Shown piece after piece: positions 26,865 to 32,000 of a DNA stretch of 32,000 nt; position 1 is the stretch's first letter; each line of letters begins with the position of its first letter. Below the pieces are notes generated by a model. It was given only the letters and a program-made list of their open reading frames with translations, made no database searches and was not told the DNA's origin. The DNA is from Candidatus Thorarchaeota archaeon (GTDB taxonomy: Archaea > Asgardarchaeota > Heimdallarchaeia > Hodarchaeales > Hodarchaeaceae). Location of the stretch: NCBI GenBank assembly GCA_048882505.1, contig JBHLRO010000001.1, positions 483,650-515,649 on the forward strand, in the 5' to 3' direction. The position numbers were made by a program, and so were the translations under genes.

Positions 26865-28154
26865 TTGGATAACAACTTTCGAGGAAGAAATTGGTTGGTT
26901 GAGGTGAATAAATCGCTGGCGGAGCAATTACCAAAGAAACGGTCGAACTTGCTAAGCCGCGCGAAGAGTTTCATTTTCTCAACAGCTGTTGGGGATAGCG
27001 CATCAAAATTATGTCGGCTTAACTTTCAGTTTGGATTGGCGAAAATGCATCTTGTCCAAGAGGATTTGGGGCTTCAAAGTGACGCCTCCTTTATATCGGC
27101 CCCAGATTGCACGATTTCCCGGAATGTTCATCGCTGGCGTAATGGAATTGGCTACGGAGGTAAGGTTACATGGGGAGACGGTTCACAACCTCTCGTTTTC
27201 ATCGATACGATGCCCAATGCTTGTGGGATGCTAGTAGGGGCTTTAGAAGAACCTCCTGATCCTACCAAATTAATACAAAAAATCCATGAAATGAATGATT
27301 CATCGGGCGAAGTGGAAATTGCTGGCGTACCCCTCCACTGGAATTATGGGGCTGGAAATCACTTTATTAACGTATTCGATGTAGTTCCCAATCCAGCCGT
27401 ACCAACTTCTGTGGAATTTCCACCTCACGCCTTTATTACCCATTCCTCACCTAGCGAGTTAAAGAGTGATAATAATCCAAAGAATCTTGGATTCTACTAT
27501 CACAAAAGTGAGCGTCTGCAAGAACTTGCAGAAGTCTTTGAGACCCCCTTTGGTGACATAAACTACCTTATCGACGATGCAGCATTAAAATATTATGAAT
27601 TTTATAAATGGGCAGAGGAATTTGGCGCGAAACGTCGGGAATTGGCAGCGAGTCTCCTTTTTGAAGATGGATACCGCATTATCTCGAATCATTGCCATCA
27701 AGGAATGGTTCATCCAAATGAAATCGTCTTGGGGAGCCATGTATTCAAGCCAAATGATCCGGAATTCTATCCATTAACCTTAAGAGCCGATTTACCCTGT
27801 TATTTGATGAGAGGGATCCCTAATTTTACCGAGGAGGCCTTAGAAACCTTAAATTTTCGAGAAAGAAGCCAACATCTTGGAATAGAAGAACGTCTCCTGA
27901 ATGCTAACATATTACCGCATGGGGGCGGATATACATTCCCTCATATCGTTTCAGTTCCGGAAATCTTTGAAACAGTGGAAAAACGGAGGTATTTCTCCGT
28001 TGACATGGGAACAGGGATTGGAACCTTGATATTTGAATCTCCTCGGGAGCTCCAGTTTTCTTATAGGGGCCGTAACGTTGTTATCCATACCGTAGAACTG
28101 GGATTAGGTGAAATTGTTGCACAGATGGTGCCACGGTATGCACTGAAGATCTGA
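26865..28154 (+). CDS. Highly divergent RtcB-like protein (RNA 3'-phosphate/5'-OH ligase fold)
   Basis: RtcB motifs in the correct order: APD, NACG, GAGNHF, ITHS, NHCH, PHGGG, SYR, and terminal P..ALK. The start codon is uncertain (TTG 26865 or GTG 26904). Confidence 0.7.
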   Translation: MDNNFRGRNWLVEVNKSLAEQLPKKRSNLLSRAKSFIFSTAVGDSASKLCRLNFQFGLAKMHLVQEDLGLQSDASFISAPDCTISRNVHRWRNGIGYGGKVTWGDGSQPLVFIDTMPNACGMLVGALEEPPDPTKLIQKIHEMNDSSGEVEIAGVPLHWNYGAGNHFINVFDVVPNPAVPTSVEFPPHAFITHSSPSELKSDNNPKNLGFYYHKSERLQELAEVFETPFGDINYLIDDAALKYYEFYKWAEEFGAKRRELAASLLFEDGYRIISNHCHQGMVHPNEIVLGSHVFKPNDPEFYPLTLRADLPCYLMRGIPNFTEEALETLNFRERSQHLGIEERLLNANILPHGGGYTFPHIVSVPEIFETVEKRRYFSVDMGTGIGTLIFESPRELQFSYRGRNVVIHTVELGLGEIVAQMVPRYALKI

Positions 28155-28462
28155 GGAACATTTTCGGACATATTATTGATGTAAATTGGAAATCTGAACA
28201 TAAATTCCATGTAAACTCCTAGAAAGAACACAGAGGATTTTATTCGGGACAATATCTGAGCCCTGTTAAGAAATCCAACCTACTGTTTTCTCCACGCAAT
28301 TATCGAGAAATGTAATCATCATACTCCCGAAACTTGGTCACAACAGATCTTAAGGTACTTGACGCCTTTTGGAGCAATGTTGTTCGCCTACCAGTTAATA
28401 AATCGGAACCGCGCCTCCTTTTTTGCATCAATGTTGCCTTCTAATTACATGAGTGAACCTAG

Positions 28463-31432
28463 ATGACAACCACCAGTAACAGCCTTTGGGGATTCATAGA
28501 ACGCAGCATTAAGGGGTTTCGTTTCCGGCTATTCCTGTTTATTTTCTTGATTTATGTTGCAGGGGCAACCCTCGATGTCACAAACACCAATCCTGGTTCA
28601 CGTTTCATGCTAACGAAGGCCATTGCTAAGTATGGTGAGTTTTCAATCCGGCCCGAGGACCAACAATATTATAGTTATTTGGATTACTCTGTGTTTAACG
28701 GTAGTATATTTTCCGATAAAGCCCCTGGGATCTCATTATTAGGAGTTCCTATTTATTGGGTGGGAGAATTTCTCGCGTTAAAACTATTGGGAGTGGATTC
28801 GAACAATTGGCAGCTTGTAGATAATGTTATTAAGTTTCTACTCATAATTTCTGTCTTAGCTTTTGGTGCGTTTGTGGTTGTGAAAATGTACGACCTGTTA
28901 CGCATGGTCAATATATCCCATCGGAGTTCGCACATAACTGCTGTCTTTTTTGGGCTGGGAAGCCTGTTTTATGTCTATATTGGAACGTTATTCTCCCATG
29001 GTATCACCGCAGGACTTATTCTCCTTGCGCTCTATTACGCCACATCATTCCGTCAAACATCCCGAGCAAGCTCTCTCTTATGGAGTTCAATTTTTTCTGG
29101 ATATGCAATAGTTTGTGATTATGTTCTCCTTTTTTTACTCCCCTTTTTCTTTTTATACATCTTTGTCCCTTTTCCCTGGAATCTTAAAGATATAAAAAGG
29201 CATTGGAAGGCGTATTTGAAGAGCTACGGATTAATTCTAATACTGTACGTCATTCCTTTAGTTTTATGCGGTTTATTAGTACTATTCTACAATTTTGCAG
29301 CCTTTGGAGACCCATTTAAGACTCCGTACAGCTATTCCCACGCTTTTTGGGACAGACAACACTTCGCTAACTCACAACTATATGGAATTGATGTCTTAGT
29401 GTTTTCGCGGCATCATGGTCTTTTGACATTCATGCCAATTCTATTTGTGTCTGCTTTTGGGCTCTTCGTCATGTTGAAACGTACTCCATCCTTGGGAATT
29501 CTATGCATTACCATTCCATGTTGGATAATATTGTTGTACGGTAAATACTTCCTTCCGACAGGAGGACTGGCTTACGGCCCCCGTCATCTGGTTTCTATCA
29601 CGCCCTTCCTCTTCATACCGCTGGCATTCTTATTAGATATTCATCGCTCTTCCTCACCACTCTCGTCAATAAAAAGTATAATTTCAACGAGTTTCGTTCT
29701 TATTCTGAAAATGGGAAGCTTTGTCCTTGGTTTGTTAACTTTTTTGATTTCCTTTGCTGGAGCATGGGTAGGCCCATATCCGCTGGGTGGAGAAGGAATA
29801 AGCGATCCTATTTGGGGAACAGTAGATCAGGTTGGCCATATGGGAGTCCTTTCGAGCTGGTTTAGTTTTGATATTGATTTACACGGACGAGTGGCAATTG
29901 AAGCCTTACAGGGGGTGCTTGAGGGAGGTTTTCAGTTAGATTTCATATTTTTCCGATTAAGAGTGTATCTTTCTGGTTTTGTCGCTTCATCTTTAGCCAG
30001 GGGGGAAACAAATGCATTTTTGACTCTTTTATTCCTCGCAATCCTGATTAATCCCTACTTTTCTCCATTAGAAATTGCTGATAGAGTGGCCCAAAGAACC
30101 ACACCTTGGAATGAGTCAAAAAACCAGGAAAAAATACTATCTGGCCTTTCGGTTATGCTCGCCGCTATGGTGGCGCTATTCTCAATATGGTTTGCGTTGG
30201 AATTAATAGCTCCTCTCGGGCAGGTAAGTCGGTCGACCCTCTTTACTTTTGAATCAGAAATGAAGAGGATTTACCGGCAAATCGGCCATATACCGCTAGT
30301 TAACTACGTATCCGCAGGGATGGGCTTTTTAACATTGATAATATTGAAATTGATATTTTTATCAACTGAAGAGTTCGCACTGGGCACCTTACTCTTCGTT
30401 TCTGTAGTATTCATTTCTATAACAACAATAGGTTGGATTCCTTTTAGACAAGTTCAGTTTCAGGATGTTATCCGAAAATCTAGCCCTTCCAGGCCTGTCA
30501 TCAATAAAAACAAAGATCAGGCACCGTCTCGAGATTGGTATCCCTCGTTCATATTCCAGTTTTATCAAAGAACTAGTATTGTAGGTTCTGCTCTTTATGT
30601 ATCGATTTTGATTTATATTATCGTATTTAAAATTTCAAATTTATCTTTTTACTCCAATCTAGCAATATTAGTGTATTCAATGGTTTTCACAGTACTTGTT
30701 ACGGTTGCATTAACACCATTCCTAATGAAAACCGCCACCAAAGGTCAAAGACAATCAGATGAATTCTCTCCTGAGATACGCTACCAACAGACAGTCAAAA
30801 CTTTTGCCCAAGATCCTCTGTATTCCCAGGTTCCTCTAATCATCCTTGCTCTTCTGACGACAGCCTTATTAGGTGGCCACACCTTACTGGATGTCTTCTC
30901 CATGAGGATGAATCTACCTGATTTCCTGTTTTTATTCCCTCCTACTTCCCTTACTAGCATACGGGATTGGTTTATCCCTGTGAAACACCCCGTTCAGGTT
31001 TTCTTAACAATTGCCTGCATCCTTGTATTGATTATCTGTTTAATTGCGTTTTACCCTGTCGCAGCAGAATTTAGAGGTTGGAAAGATGAATTACCTGCGA
31101 TTTCATGGGAAACTCAAATCAAAATGGAGACACGAGGATCGCACCTTTCTCGTTTCCAAAGTATCCTTTTTTTTGGTTTCATACTTATTCTATTTGACTT
31201 CCTACTCCTGACAAACTTGTACGCAACTCTGTCAACCGTTCCGGAACCGAATCTCCTACCAAAACCATGGGAAGATTATCCAGAGGAAGTAGTACTCTTG
31301 GGTTGGATAACCCTAGGATATATGATTTCCCTAATCTGGGCAGGAAGAAAGTATCTACAAGCGGATCGCTCTTCTGGTCATAACCAGAATCCCAATCACC
31401 CTTTGATCGATTTTGATTCAGCTGCTCCTTAA
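28463..31432 (+). CDS. Large polytopic membrane protein with N-terminal GT-C-type (ArnT/PMT-like) glycosyltransferase region
   Basis: First loop SRFMLTKAIA...LDYSVFNGSIFSDKAPGISLLGVP; FGDPFKTPY; RHHGLLTFMP; GGLAYGPRHL; about 20 or more hydrophobic segments. Confidence 0.65.
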   Translation: MTTTSNSLWGFIERSIKGFRFRLFLFIFLIYVAGATLDVTNTNPGSRFMLTKAIAKYGEFSIRPEDQQYYSYLDYSVFNGSIFSDKAPGISLLGVPIYWVGEFLALKLLGVDSNNWQLVDNVIKFLLIISVLAFGAFVVVKMYDLLRMVNISHRSSHITAVFFGLGSLFYVYIGTLFSHGITAGLILLALYYATSFRQTSRASSLLWSSIFSGYAIVCDYVLLFLLPFFFLYIFVPFPWNLKDIKRHWKAYLKSYGLILILYVIPLVLCGLLVLFYNFAAFGDPFKTPYSYSHAFWDRQHFANSQLYGIDVLVFSRHHGLLTFMPILFVSAFGLFVMLKRTPSLGILCITIPCWIILLYGKYFLPTGGLAYGPRHLVSITPFLFIPLAFLLDIHRSSSPLSSIKSIISTSFVLILKMGSFVLGLLTFLISFAGAWVGPYPLGGEGISDPIWGTVDQVGHMGVLSSWFSFDIDLHGRVAIEALQGVLEGGFQLDFIFFRLRVYLSGFVASSLARGETNAFLTLLFLAILINPYFSPLEIADRVAQRTTPWNESKNQEKILSGLSVMLAAMVALFSIWFALELIAPLGQVSRSTLFTFESEMKRIYRQIGHIPLVNYVSAGMGFLTLIILKLIFLSTEEFALGTLLFVSVVFISITTIGWIPFRQVQFQDVIRKSSPSRPVINKNKDQAPSRDWYPSFIFQFYQRTSIVGSALYVSILIYIIVFKISNLSFYSNLAILVYSMVFTVLVTVALTPFLMKTATKGQRQSDEFSPEIRYQQTVKTFAQDPLYSQVPLIILALLTTALLGGHTLLDVFSMRMNLPDFLFLFPPTSLTSIRDWFIPVKHPVQVFLTIACILVLIICLIAFYPVAAEFRGWKDELPAISWETQIKMETRGSHLSRFQSILFFGFILILFDFLLLTNLYATLSTVPEPNLLPKPWEDYPEEVVLLGWITLGYMISLIWAGRKYLQADRSSGHNQNPNHPLIDFDSAAP

Positions 31433-31531
31433 GAATGAGTAATTGCAAATTACAAAGAGTGAGTGAATTTGACATAGTCTGTTTTGTGTCTAAAAAGACA
31501 ACAAAGGCGAAACGATTTCCCTGATGGGCCG

Positions 31532-32000
31532 TTAGATGTTGTGTCTGGAAAACTGTTTAGCAGAATTTCCTCTCTGGTTGTTATCTAATCGCTGTGCCTT
31601 CCCTATAAATCGCTTTAATTTCTTGAATAGGCTATAATCATGGAATACCGCTATTGTTAAGGCAACCATATTGCCGATGAATGCGATAAAAAGTATCTTT
31701 ACATGATTATTTTGAAAATGCAGAATAATTGTAGTTGGTTCTATATTTTTAATTTCCATAAAGCCAATTTCGGATTCTCGATCTACTTTATATCCCCCAT
31801 GAGATTCCACAATCCATTTTGGATGGTGGGCCACCTTTATGGTAAGATTAACAGCACTTTGATTACTTGTTACGGAAATCGAAAGTGTATCCGGGGAAAT
31901 GTATTCAAAATCTGCACTGCCGAATGGATAAACATCCACCAAAGTAATGTTTTCGGGGGTTTCCCATAGCCATTTGTTCTGTTCATCATTGGTGGTAATT
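31532..32000 (-). CDS. C-terminal part of a membrane protein (YfhO-like C-terminus); 5' end outside window
   Basis: The frame is open to the window edge (ITTNDEQNKWLWETPENITLVDVY...); IKVAHHPKW...GFMEI...IILHF followed by a TM helix and a basic tail. Confidence 0.6.
   Translation of the reverse strand, partial: ITTNDEQNKWLWETPENITLVDVYPFGSADFEYISPDTLSISVTSNQSAVNLTIKVAHHPKWIVESHGGYKVDRESEIGFMEIKNIEPTTIILHFQNNHVKILFIAFIGNMVALTIAVFHDYSLFKKLKRFIGKAQRLDNNQRGNSAKQFSRHNI

Noticed and set aside
28155-28462. Read-through or hidden ORF after the RtcB-like TGA
   Set aside because: An in-frame TAA follows after 9 codons, RtcB proteins normally end at this Lys motif, and other frames give only short featureless ORFs.
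18560-31432. ino1 plus the GT-C protein as a GPI-like anchor pathway
   Set aside because: The genes are about 9 kb apart with unrelated genes between them, and ino1 is explained by ordinary archaeal inositol lipid synthesis.
1160-31969. Many 60-115 aa ORFs in the track that overlap larger genes (e.g. 1160-1468, 2309-2635, 4015-4278, 7529-7840, 17324-17671, 18631-18954, 26411-26695, 31185-31475, 31703-31969)
   Set aside because: They are antisense or alternate-frame shadows of well-supported genes, with no motifs and no independent SD or promoter.
1-32000. CRISPR array, rRNA, RNase P RNA or SRP RNA
   Set aside because: No regularly spaced direct repeats were seen, nor the conserved signatures (GAGGAAAGUCC for RNase P, the SRP helix 8 motif) on either strand by eye.

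Overview
Chromosomal segment of an archaeon, most likely an Asgard archaeon (Heimdallarchaeia/Hodarchaeales-like). This is an inference from a Rab-like small GTPase with all five RabF motifs, a tandem roadblock protein, archaeal type II GAPDH, BRE/TATA promoters and GAGGTG-type Shine-Dalgarno sites. About 27 protein genes are supported; no rRNA, tRNA, CRISPR array, integrase or transposase was recognised. From left to right: (1) a 5'-truncated, membrane-anchored alpha-2-macroglobulin/thioester protein with an intact GCTEQ motif; (2) two divergent orphan DNA methyltransferases (m6A, type IIG-like but lacking a nuclease domain; m4C), an RHH regulator and a PC4-like protein behind a long hairpin; (3) housekeeping genes (NMO family, tag, VOC); (4) a low-GC island of about 6 kb with a secreted aromatic-rich protein, a sequon-rich anchored protein and an FtsX/LolD-type ABC transporter; (5) a Pro/Ser-rich protein with repeated short motifs and a WH2-like tail; (6) ino1 and acylphosphatase; (7) a tandem roadblock protein, a TPR-like pseudonuclease and a Rab-like GTPase, with a Zn-finger pseudonuclease facing them; (8) GAPDH behind two paralogous winged-helix genes; (9) a nitroreductase, a very divergent RtcB-like protein, a large GT-C-like membrane protein and a truncated membrane protein. 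The strongest leads are the Rab/roadblock/pseudonuclease cluster and the RtcB-like protein. All family assignments come from motif recognition by eye; no database search was run.
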